Positions 11,501 to 24,800 of a stretch of 64,000 nucleotides of DNA are shown here, piece after piece (position 1 is the first letter of the stretch; the number at the start of each line of letters is the position of its first letter). A program made the translations under genes and the position numbers. The notes below the pieces were generated by a model. It was given only the letters and a program-made list of their open reading frames with translations. It did not search any database and was not told where the DNA came from. This stretch comes from Ophelia neglecta (Eukaryota), in assembly GCA_965285935.1 (NCBI GenBank), contig OZ260663.1, positions 63,116,001 to 63,180,000 on the forward strand. The letters run 5' to 3'.

Positions 11501-13400
11501 TGTGTTGTATTTTATTTGAAGCCAAAAAAATAAAAATTGAAATAAAATAAGGCCGACTATATGAATGGACAAGCTCGATTATAATTGAAGACTGATCCAA
11601 AAAAAAGAATCAATTTGGGAACTGAATTGAATTCTGAATGTTTCTGGTCAGTTATAATGCATGTCCCATGTTCAGATAAGTAGTAACACCATGTTTGCAC
11701 CATATCTGAAAGTGGCGCTACATGTGATGTGGTGGTGCCTAATGACATGCACCTCGGACAAAACAATCTCCTGCATATCTGACCTGGATGCTCATTTTGT
11801 AAGAATCTTGATATATGAAATTGCACTGTTATCTTCAAACACGGTCGGAATAAAAAAGCAAAATTTTATCAACCAAGGAAATTGAACAAATTCCAATCAC
11901 TACCAATTTGAAAGAAAAAAGTCAAAACTCTCAGATTCTAAAGTTAAAAAATGAATAAACACATATCTAACATTACACTTTATGTATATTGGCATATTTT
12001 TTTAAAAAGTTATACATGATGCGGTACATTTGGTGCAAATACTTGGGGATTTAAGTGGTGAATATTTGGTAGCAACAAATATCAATAAAAAATAAGTACA
12101 TGTATGCATTGTCAAGTATTGTCATATCCTTAAATCTTCATATCTGCATGTTTATATATATATAATATATATATTTATTATAGTGCCTAAGAAGTAAACA
12201 TTCAAATAGGATGCTGTGAAGATGAAAACAAAAGTAGGAAGCCAATGCAGCTCTCATCAGGGGGCATGGAAAAATGTTCTTAATTATAAAGAATACTTAA
12301 CTGAAAAAGAACAGAAATCAAAGCTGTACAATAGTGAGGGGACCACATACCTAACAGGTCAGTGAAACATAAATGTACCAACAATAACGAGTCAATCTCA
12401 TTAGCAAAATGATTCTTTTATTGTCCTACAACTAACATTTGCTGACTGTACATCAAGTTGATAAAGGTGTTGACACATTCATTCAGGCAATGTAGGTCCA
12501 ACCTGGGCTTATGAAGATATGTTTGATATACAAAATAATAGTGATAAATATAAATTTTGAAAGATATTGAAAAACAGTGGTAATATTCTATTTATATATT
12601 AACATTGTACATACTGACACGACATCCTTTTAATGCCATGAACTGTAACAAGACTTAGTCATTGATAATGTACTTAGCAATCAGGCACTATTTTTCAACA
12701 GTATATATTTTCAAAACATGCGTTGTATGATAGCCTTGCAGCAAGTGTATATGCAGGAGTAGCAATATAATACAGGCTGTATGCAAGTTTTAGGTTCATT
12801 CAAGATAACATGTCCATCATTTCTAAAGACCACTGGAACAAACCTACCATCTCGGCCACTTGATATTGTTCCCACCAAATTATAGTAAATATACAATGAC
12901 CAAAGACTTTAAGGCAATCCAAATATACTATAGAAAGTAGATGTCCTTGCACAAGTGATGAAATCAAGAGAATTGGAGCTGACAAATGGTGAGCCAGCTG
13001 TTGGTAATATGGTACATGTACATGCATGCCAATGGTGTAGAATGTGTCATAGGTTCTCCATTTACCTGTGGCCTGTGCTGAGTCATAAGCAAGTTGCTCA
13101 CCTCTAATATTATACAAATTAGTTTGCTGCCAGGTTCTGAATCACTAGACTATTTCTCTTGTTCTATTTAAAGGGCAATGAAGAGAAGAGACTCCGATTG
13201 CTTTCAAATTTGGTAAAGGTTGCTTAGAGGCATGTAGGAGAAATGTTTATTCAAAGAAAAGAAGTCCAGGTAAGTTGAGCATAATTAAGAGAACAGAACA
13301 GCCAGGACACGATGGTGGTTTTTACATTTTATATGAAAATTGATGCTTCAGTACTTCAGCTTGCAATGTTGCACCAGTTCGTTAATGAGGCTGTTGCCTA

Positions 13401-13610
13401 CTGTAAACCCATTATAGTTTGCAACCTGTTATTTTTTTTGCAAATAACACCAAAATTGCAATAATTTTGTTGGCAAAATTAAAATAATGACAATGTTCAT
13501 CATTGGATGCCATTCAATTTTAACAATTCCACATACTCGTTTACCTTTTTCTACATTTTACAAAGGCAAAATCACAACCTCTTCCTGCTGCAAAAGTTTC
13601 TAATTTTACA
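13401..13610. mobile_element. Old Tc1/mariner-type MITE
   Basis: TA|CTGTAAA ... TTTACAG termini, degenerate interior. Confidence 0.45.
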
Positions 13611-14011
13611 GTTCGTCTGAGATAGGTATCTTTGTCTTCCATGCATTCATGTATCTGCATAATATTATGAATATTTTTGCTCTAAATGTTATCATCAGTT
13701 CATAGTGATCATTAATATGTACATATGTGAGTGCATGATGGCACCTACCAGTACACACTATATTGATACATGATTGATTAAGCTGTACAATCTATATATA
13801 TTATACAATCTATATACATTATTCATTCATTCTTAGATGCAAATATGCTAATCAAGGACATAAATTAATTCAATTGTATAATCATACCATGACAGGTATA
13901 AATGCATCCTTATGTTTCGAATTATCATAACAGTGCTGATCAGTCAATTCTGACCATGTTTATTGATATGAATTAGAGCATTAACATTTGATGTAATACA
14001 ATATGGAACAT

Positions 14012-14408
14012 ATAGTGACACATTCCAACCGGATCGAAACTTATCGTGATACAGGTTCACTTATAGTGTCCCAAGCACACATAAGTAGGAATGATTCAAT
14101 GCAGAACGAACTTTATGCGCCACTACTACCATTCGATGTAGGATAGGCTGGCATGGCCATATTTCCTAGTTCACAGCATGAAATTGATCAAAACTTGAGC
14201 AAAATAATCAAGTAAACATCAAAATCATGGGGTTTACTTACAACAGATGAAAAACTATGAAGGTTCGAGTAAAAAAAGGTTTATCCAATCGTATCCATTT
14301 TTAGTGGTTTTATTTGGCCATGTTTTGTATCGACCGTATCGTTCGACTGTGTTTTGATAGAAATATTATCGTATCACATCAAAATGCCAGTATATCGTGA
14401 CACACTGG
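14012..14408. mobile_element. Degenerate hAT-like MITE with subterminal (T)ATCG repeats
   Basis: CpG-rich island with repeated TATCG/ATCGTG motifs ending in TATCGTGACACACT. Confidence 0.4.
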
Positions 14409-15573
14409 TACAGGTATATATCAATTCACCTCTAATATAAATACATATCATTGATGACACACCATCTTCCCAATAATGGAATATTCAATTTATTAATGTA
14501 CACAAACAGTACATTTACCAAGTTTACAAACATTTTGGCACCTGACTTTTTGTTTCTCAGGGTTATTGTTGTATTTCTATATAAGGTGAAACAAATTCTC
14601 AAAATGTTATTGGCAATGGCACATCTTACTGACATATTCTCCAAGAATTATAAAGTAATCTGTTGTTCTATACCTACTTACTAGCAACTTATATCAATAA
14701 AACCTGCCTCATTTTGCTAGCAGTAATTTCTACCACAGAGGAATCTGACAGAAATCTTGACAATTGCTACACACACACCAGGCTACAAATAACATTAGAC
14801 TGACTGACTTGGTCAGTAACAGTAATGCCAAGCCTGCAGCCTAAAGTCATCAGTTAATTATTTTCATGTCTATTGACAATGTGCATTATGACAGAAATAA
14901 TCTAAGTAACAGAGATTTGTTTGTAAGAGTAAATAGTTCACATTACTGGGGATCAATCATCTTATAGATATGCAAGGTTGTAATGTAACCCTTAAGCATT
15001 CATTGAAAAGGAAGTTGATTTGGTCATATAAAAGGTACTTCCCAAAATGTTTATAGGGCTACATTTGCCATATTGAAAAATCTTACACATAAAATAGTAA
15101 ACACAGTCATTTAAATTGGGTGTCTTTTAACCTTGGAAGATAGCTGTTTAATTTGCGTTGCACATATTTTACAGACTATACCATGGTATAATTTAAGTAC
15201 ACTGGTATATTTTATACATGTTACTGTGGCTCTATTAATGTGGAAAACATGTTTCCTGTTACTTAGATTATACAAGTATATACATCTTTACAACACAACA
15301 CTAAATGTTTAAACATGCTGATTATGGCAGAAGCCATTTGAGTAGATGTAAACTGATCAATGGCACACGTTGCCTCATAACTGTCTTTGTGTGTGTAATC
15401 GTGCTCGGACTTAATTTTACCTCCATGGCACCAACAACAGGCCAAGTAAGTTATGCTCTAACGGCTAACAGCCTGGAAGCTCCAGTACAGTGACTGTCTT
15501 GCAACAGCCCTAAAAGTGAGCCATACAGAATTCTTCAATCAAATCTGGGCCTCTTGAGCCACAATTGGTTGTT

Positions 15574-15893
15574 TTAAGCTAGGACAGCCCCTGGTGTCAT
15601 CTCTGTATCATTTTCCTTCCGCAGTTCACTGTAGGTGCTACCATCTGTAGGCTGCTGTTGAACATTAGATTCACCTACATTTGTCTCTTCGTCCATACCC
15701 TCTGCCAGAGAGTCACACAGTTGCCCTCGCTCCACCGGGTGTTGCTGGTTTGTCGACCATTGTTTTGGGTAGGGAGAGCTCCGAGCCTCTCTTCTTGCCT
15801 TTTTTCTTTGTCTGCGCTCTTCTAGCATCATTTGTATGTGCTCTACTTTATCCCGAATTGTTTGGTTCTCTTCTTGAACAAATCCTTGGGATT
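15574..15893 (-). CDS. MIDN: Midnolin last coding exon (C-terminal helix/NLS)
   Basis: TTCTTTGCAG acceptor, phase 1; [42 protein letters not shown]...GAVLA-TAA. Confidence 0.93.
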
Positions 15894-18800
15894 CTGCAAA
15901 GAATAATAATAAAATCATATAACGTTATGTATTGCTGGAAATTGGGCCAATATCTACTCATTCATGAATAAGCGGTAAGTCACTCAACTTGATAAGTTCA
16001 GGGCAAGTAATGTAGTTTTTTTGTGTGTTTAATGTCAAGGTTATATCTTATTGTATAGTAGAAGAGCAGTGTCCATTATGCCTGTCCTTTACTTTTTGCA
16101 TAGTAAAGAAAGTAGAATTCCCAGGTATGTTGTATAAATTGTCTGTAACCTGAAAGCTAGAGTTTGACGTCACAACATAATCATAGCTCAGGCAAATAGC
16201 ATATTGCCAACCTCGAAGCCACACGTCAATTCAACCACTTATTCCACAACAAACTCAGAGCACGTGGCTAAGTACGAGTTGGAAAATTACTTCACTAGCC
16301 TAAGCAACATCCTTTTAATGACTATCAACTAGATCTAGGTATATAATAAGTGTAGTGTATTTTTGGAAAATACGACCAGATAATTTCTAACCATAGATTA
16401 TATAAAGGCGCATGGAGACGAAGTATTTCAATATTTTGACTTGTGCTTGTCAGTATGACTTTAGCTACAAATTTGTATATTTGTCTCCTAGAATAGTGAG
16501 CAAGTGACTTAAGGTTGGACCAAACTACGGCATTAGAGCTACAATACAACAGCACTGGTTTGTCTACAGAGTTAACCTTCAAACTCAACATGGTGCAGTG
16601 CAGTGCAGTGGTTAGGAAGTCGCGGAAAATATGCCAATTTAGCGAAAAAATTTGTGAATTTCTTACATAAAGCCATGTCAAAAGACACACATTTTCACAT
16701 CCTTTTTTCAAGAAGTGCTACACAGCTCAGTATGAAAATGTATGGGCTTGTATTGGAACTCTAAGTGTGACCATCCATATTATAATACACCCATTAGAGC
16801 TTTACACACCTTAGAGATGGAACATTGTGTTTGACATTTCACATGGTGTACATGATTCATCTGTATGTATATACATATACATATAAATACATGTATATTT
16901 AAATAGTATTCCTGTCAAACCAGATTTGCCATACTCTATATTCCCCCCTCTAAAGTCTGTGCTTGTCAGGCCTGTAATCGGTGTACTGTAGGCTATGCAA
17001 GAACATGTAAGCGGATTCATTACTTTGTAAAACAGGCAAATCCACTTATTCGAGACTTTAATCTGTGTCTTACTAAATACATATTTTAATAAAGAGTATT
17101 TAAATACCTAAATATTGAAAAAGTTGGGTGCAAACTCAAAACTTTTGGAAAATAGCTTGGAAGTCTGCATTCTTATACCAAGCGCCTTTATTAGCGGCGG
17201 CTCATTTTAAAGTATTGGGCACACGTCTGTTTGAAAATGTTTGAAAAGGCTGAATGCTCGAAAACATTTGGAATATAAATGTAGGTTGTACAGATATCCA
17301 CTTCTGAACACATTTTATGTGATTTTTGGGTAATACCGAAGCTGACACCTGCCCTTTAAAAGTGGCTGCAAAGTATCGGTTTTATAAAAACTGTGCCCGC
17401 CATGAGAAGAGAAATAAGGAAGAGGTTCACATGCATCAATTGAATGGACAATTAAAATGCCACCACACAATGTTTGTACATGTATATGTTGCTAGCTAAA
17501 GGGCAAATCAATGATGGCCCTGACATGCATCTCCTGGAGGGATAGGGCTTGGCTTCATCATTTTTACTTGTGTGTGGATGTATTTCATGGTTCCTCTGAA
17601 TGCAGTGGGCATGAAATGTCCAAAAGGAAAGAGGAAATGCAACTATCCAAACAGATTAAAAAGATAAAGAAGATATTTCAGAGATACTGGGCAGGATGAC
17701 CTTCTGATATTTCCATTACATCCTGCAGAATGTTGGCAATTGAGTTAGTTTGGAGAATGGAGCAAATGGATCGATCCCACAATGAAAGGGCAGCAGAGTG
17801 CAATGCCGTTGTTATGATGCTGGGCTGGTAATCAGGCAGCCTGGGCTTTCCGTGGTGAATGTCAGCGTTTGCGTCATCAGCCAGCACATGCGGTATGGAG
17901 CTGGGCAGGCCTATAGACAGAGAAAGGGATGGCACTCAAGAATTCACTCAATTATCATATTGCCACTGCTGCTGGCATTTGTTTACTAGATACAAATGCA
18001 ATAGGATGGTCTAAATGTAAAATGGATTACATTTAAAAAAAAGGTATAGTACTGCAAAGGACAGTCCCAAGCAGAATTTAAACATCCAGCAGGAAAAATG
18101 CAGCAAACTTCCCCCCTTGGGTGATAGTGGCCTTAACTGTCCTGGGAACACCTTGTCAGATGAATCTCCATGCTTTATGTATTGGTGTGGCACTTTGCTT
18201 TTAGGAAACTGACAATATATTGCTGTACATAAAAGTTGCTCTGACAAGGAAAATGTCATCAAGACTTCTACATAAGCCAAGTGGAAGCATGTAGCCCAAA
18301 GACCTATTAGCTAGATTTGGCATACATGTGCTAACTCAACAAGGCAACTTAAACACTAGTCAATACTGTCCAAATTAAAGGAGTTTTTTTTTGTCATTTC
18401 TGGACCATGTGTAGCAGCAGTCCACATTAATTTTGTCTTTGTTATGTGTTTTGGTAGAGTGGTTTAAACAATTGAATGAATGGCAACTTTGGCAAGAAAT
18501 TGAACATGGAGACTATTAGTCAAAGCATTTGTGGTTGAGACATTCTGGCATGGACAAAAAGTCATTACCCTTGGATATTTCTCAGTGGCCAGTCCTTTAT
18601 AAATTAACTACATCATTCTACTAAATACACTCCTACCTACATGTACAGTGTATGTTACATTAGAGAACCTTTTCTACCATGGTTTTTTTCATAATGAGAA
18701 AGTATTTTTTCCTCTGGGGGTGTACATAACAATAAATGCAACACAATTAGCAGCTATTAGATAACCAGTGTATCTGAAGATACGCGACAGCAAATCCACC

Positions 18801-21800
18801 ACAATGGAAGTTACATTGTACTAGATAAGTGTCCTATGAAAAGACATACCGGTCATATTCTGGCTGTCTTATTCAGTGTTGTTACATGCCTTCAACCTTA
18901 AGATTTTAACCAATTCAGGTATAATGGGTATAAAGTTTTGGTGCCACCATACCTCAGGGCATATGCATGCGGTTGTCTTATCAGCATATTATTTTATTTG
19001 ACAAATCCCAAAAAGGATATAAAATAAAAATCTGCCATAGTCCTTTAGTCATTTATTGAGTGGAATTTACAGTGAAGTAATAAAGCATAAGTCAGGCCAT
19101 TATGGGATGCATATAGACATGAACAGTGTAAGTCCGTTAAGTGGGAGTTCCTCAAAAGAAGACTGACTACCTTGATTGCCTCAGAAATGAATGATTATAT
19201 TATTCAAATTGAATTAATGACCTTTCATTTTTACCTCCATTATGAGGAGTTCTTTGCTTTTGAGTAATGAATGATACTCTCACCAAATAGGCAGATATTT
19301 GCCGAATATTAACCCCCAACCCCCAAAAAAGTCCAAAATATTCATTTGCTCCATGGATAATTTTTATGAGGAGCCATGAGTCCAGGGTTTTATCTGACAG
19401 CCTTTGATAACTCCCCCCAAGTAATTTTGGACAAAGACCAAAGCATTTAAATAAAATCAAAGCTCAGGAAATAATGGATAGCTAATTGTTTTTGAAGAAC
19501 ATTAGTTATGACATAAGAAATTATGAAAAAATTAGCACAAGTGGCACAAAGTCAAACCTAATTAACTTTAATACCAATACAGAGAAACCCGTGATGAAAG
19601 ACTAGCCAAGATAGTCCTATATGCAAAATGGTTTGCTAAAACTGTGTTTTACCCCAGATATTAGTAAGAGACCACCCTTTGTATAAGACAACTTATTTGT
19701 TAGTCTATCACAAGGGGTTCCACTGTAGTATAGTCTAGAAGCTTTTCTTTTCAAGCCATGCTGGCGTCTGGTCTGTCACGTCTGCTTGCCACAGAATGAT
19801 GTGATTAGATACAAGGTAGCCCGGGTCACAGGTGGGTCAAGCCATAAAAAAGTAACTTAATTTATGTTTCTATGTCATCAGCTTACCACTCTACCATATT
19901 GAAATACATTGAAAATCTCTGAACCAAAATAATCACATTGTGACCTGTTGTTCACAGCGACCCGGGTCACCATGTTTTGAATCACATGTAGTTGTTCAGC
20001 CTGGGTTAAACAGGATCAAATTTTCTGTATGACCCTTTTTTCAAACATGGGTATAAGTTGCAAAACCCAAAACAGTGACTTCAGTTGCATGCAGCATGAT
20101 CAGTCATTCCCTCATGAAGGCATCAATATTCCAATGACAACTTACCATTGTCAGAAAGCGACAGAGGCAGACTCCTGGGTGATTTCTGGTTAGTTCGGTG
20201 TGCAGCACTGTCATGGATCTTATACTGAGGGGATGCACCCAGCAAGTCGTTCAGGATGTGTACCATAGTCGTTATACTTCGCCTGGGCTTTCCATCTCTA
20301 TCTTGTAAAGCTGGATTTAGGGTACCTACAAAAAATATAGAGAAAAATGTTGCTTTTCTTTTACCTTATATATTATAGCAGGACATAATATGGGAATAAT
20401 AAAGGACTATGTAGGTGGTTGAAATCATCCACATCTGAAAGATAAATGATATTAGGAAGAGGTACCCTATGTACCCAAAAGGAGGAGGCCGGAATACTAG
20501 ATAGTGATTCCTTCACTGTCACCAGGGGCAGCGGGAAACAGATCTTACCTTTCACATCTTTCCGGTCGATGTGCCCTATCTTCCCGGCTGTGTAAAAAGA
20601 CAAACATATCGGTGCCCAGAGTGCTCGGGTACCTTGCCCAAGACTGCCAGTCATTTGGATGAAGTTTGTAACTTGGGTAGTTAATAAAATTTATAGCAAA
20701 TAGCCCTAACAACAGCAGTATTGTTTAGGTTAGCTTCGGATAATTTTGCTTCTGATATTTATCAAATTGCTTGTAACTTGGAAGCAAATTGTGAACCTGG
20801 TATATTTACATGTTTGGACGCCCATCAAAATGGACCAGGATTTAATCAAGTCAACTTCTTGTGCAAGCATGCATGTACATGATGTTGTGTTACACTAAGG
20901 TTTTGCACTTGATAAAAGTCAATGCTCCCACAATGAGCCTATTATAATAATACATGCCAATGAGCTGTCTTGAACATCGTAGAAAGTCATGTCTACACCA
21001 TTCATTGAACTATGATATTTAGCAAGGAATGGATGATTCTGATGAAACATAATGTCATCACAGTTTCAATTGTATTTCCATCTGGGAACTCATTATCAGC
21101 AAAGAACTTAAGAATACTCATGAGCTGTGAGGGATCATTAGATGAGAAGATGAATCATAACCTGGCAGTAAAAGCAGGTGGTGTCCCAACAATGAGCCAT
21201 GATGTACATATTTGTTACAGGTGTATAAAAATGAAAACTAATTTTCATTGACAGGTGATTCATTATGCTAAGTGCAAGAATTCTTGCTGTTCTAAGAGTA
21301 TGACATTTTGCTGAATACCAACACATGCATAGTATGAACCCAAATGGGAGTATTGATTGGTAGATCACCATCATCAGTCACTGTCCACAAGTCAGTTACA
21401 TAGTGAAGGGGCACATCTAAAAGCCAGAACTGAAATGTCAATGGCTGCATTATTACACACCAATTCACTGTTGATTATCCCCGTGTATGGTTTTAAAACA
21501 ACTAAGTGCCTGGTGGTTCTGTGACATTCAAAATGTCAATGGAGACTGGTCATAAGAGGCTTTGACATTATTTTTCTTGGTTGGGGTAGAGTATTTTATG
21601 ACAAACAGCTAATGCCAGGCCAGACAAGCATCAAGAACTAGTAGATCTTATACTTGATATGGAAATGGAAAGGGCAACAATTGTTCACAGGCTAGGTTAC
21701 CTCAGGCTACACCCAATAGAACTAGATATGATATGTTGCTAAGCTGATCAACCTAGTCTTTTGTACAGCGTACTTATAATTACTCACTCTTATTACGTAT

Positions 21801-24800
21801 GTATCTCAAAGGGGGGGGGGGGGATAAGTATCAGATAAGTAATATTGTAAGCCACAGAATGACCTAGTTTTATGGCTACCTTGAGGGATAAGAATCAAGC
21901 TTGCTTGATTGCTGGTTTATATCCTTTTAAATAGACATAAACCATGGTTGATTACTCTATACAGTTAGGTAGTATAGAAGTACACACACCTCCTGCTGAT
22001 TCGTCAATACACTTGAGTGATTCTAACCCACTTAGGTCAATATAATACACATGCATGTTGATTTCAACTAATCCTAAACCAGTCATTTATTATATGGAAA
22101 TTAATGGGTTTTAGTGGCATTGAAAACTCATGAAAGCCTTTACCTGAAAAAGTTCCTGAGTACACGCCTTGACCCAAATGATGCATACTCTCTATGATTG
22201 CGCCTGAAGGTCTCATCGAAGCTTCTGTGTTCTGAAATGAAATATACAACATGAATGGTCATGATGAATGATCTTTAATGATCAAGCTTATACCCCTTAG
22301 CATGGTTGTCTTGTTGGGAGATGAGCAATTTACATTTGTGAAATACACCTAGATAATGTTGTGTAAACATTCTTTTAGTAATTCATCCTACTCCTTCATA
22401 TATATAGAAATGTATATAGAATTATTATACATTATGAACTGATTGGTGGATTTGCCCCCATGGCTAGGTCTAACGTATGCATCGCGACAAAAAAAAACCC
22501 CGCTGTTGTGCATTAAATGTTGCACTGCAGCATTTTCACTAGACATGTCGAACGTAAATTTCATATCGCTAAGATAGATATATTTGCATATTAAAAAACT
22601 GCTGCTGTTTCAGCATCATTTAAGGATAGACATCTGTTAGACAATAGTCAATTTCAGACGACAATAACAACAACTGAGCTGTCGCGGCAGTAGGCTGGTC
22701 AATGGCAAGTTATATAGCCCACAATGCTATTTTATGATTGAATAAAAACACACAGATCTAACAGGAGCAATTTTTTATGGACATAAAAAATAGAGCATAG
22801 AATATATTTAATATACGGCGCCAAAGACGCCGTGATTTATGGGCCCAATTGGAACAGTACACTGCAATATACCGTGATCTTAGCCCGGCGTATTCAGCGA
22901 GTATAAACACCGCTCTGAAGAGGTGTCCGGTGGAAACAGGTACTCGGAGCAGACTTTTCTCAGCAAAAGGGGGACCAACTTTTCACACACCAAAGTTACA
23001 TGCACCATTCTGAATTGGCTTGTGCCAACAAATGAGATTGTTGAGTACTCAAAAAGAAAACAGCAATACAAGGACCAGGCAAGCGCTAGTAAACTCTCAT
23101 ACAATGGTCGCGAAAAACAGTTTTTGAAGAAATAATCTTGTTTTATATGCAATGCGATGCTGAGTCATGGCATGTTGGCATTTTACTGACTGACAAGTAT
23201 TGGTCTCAGCGTAACTTTTGGTGCTATGTGTGGGAGCTCGCTGTATGCTCTCTATGCCCCGCCCCCTTCCCTCTTGCATGATGACAAAGTTCTGGTCAGA
23301 TGAAAAGGATAATAGACTAGGTAGGTAACTGTAGTCTATACAGCAGGATCGCAATAAAATCTATGTTGTCTTTTTTATTTATTGCTGGTTTATGAAACTT
23401 GTTCAGAAATAGCCAGGGATACTTTCTTGCTCCACCAGGTTTTTTACAAGTACGAGTGTGTACACCTGTATTCTACAGTACATGTACTTCATTTAATACA
23501 GTTCTCTGAATAGTTGAATGCAATTTGATGTATCATGAAACTTTCTTCTGACCAATTCCTCTATTCAACCTGATGATGAATGACGTCATTAGGACATGCG
23601 CACATCAAAGGAGAGCAACATATTGTGACCTGTGGTGTTAGGTCAGAAAGTGGACTGTTGAATAGATACACCTGACATAGACACACCTGAATGCTTGTTC
23701 AACCCTTAATGACTGCCAAATTCACTGATCTCTGTGACCAGTTATATTTTCATATATATGTACTCAGCATGCCTCTTTTGAGTTTAGTCGTATATGATCA
23801 CCGGTAAAAGAATTTGTTTGACCTTTGGAATAGTGTACAGTTCTAATTCTACAAAGTGGTAATTTAGGTGGATGAACCTTAACCACACTGTTTAAACTAT
23901 TCTCTCATCAGGTTCTTACACCTGAACTAGTTTTCTTGACAGAAGCGGTCACTCACTGTGAAACATGATCTCCCAAAATGCCTACTTGTATTTGCACCTG
24001 ACACCACCTCCACAACATGGTTATTGGGTTTGTAAACAGGGAGATGTTTTATACACATACTGCATTAACTGATTACAAGTAGGGCTGGAAGGGCATGATG
24101 TGTTTAAAAAACACATCTCTTGCAAAGGATGTGGGAACCTGAGGCTAACAAATTCTGATCTCAACCTATGACATTTGTGTTTAGTGAAAGCCTTTGTGTG
24201 GTTTAGGAACTGTTTCACATATCTGCAGATTCTGGGATCCGCCAGTGCATGTGTAAGTGGCCAAGAGCATAGTGCCTGACTTTGAAAAGGTAGAGGCACT
24301 TTGGTCTGCATGCTTCTAAGGAAGCCCTTCACCTCACAGTCTACTCCCAGCAGAAGGTCACAAGTCATTGCGGCCTTGGTAATGGCTCCTTAGTTTGTTT
24401 TCATGGTGAAACAAATGGGATCTCAAACAAGAAATGATGTTCTAGTTAGCAACTGTCTACCAGTAGCTGACACGAGCCATGGATAAAGATTTGGTAGCAA
24501 TAAAAATGGAAAATTAAGGAGGAATTTACCCTTTCCATCTAGGCTTGATGTCATCATTAATGGTTTCTAATAAAGGTCACACATGAGCTTTAGCATTCAC
24601 ATGTATCTGATTTGTAACCAATACAGTGAATAATGCAACTTAGTGATCACTGTGTAGATTTGTGCTGAAGAGTCCCAGTTTTAAGTACATGTATCCCATC
24701 ATTCACCATCACAGACAGAACCTGAGGCCTAGAAGCCCATATAACATACATGATGGTTCATTCATATATATGCAGTACACTGTGTTGCATGTACACACTG

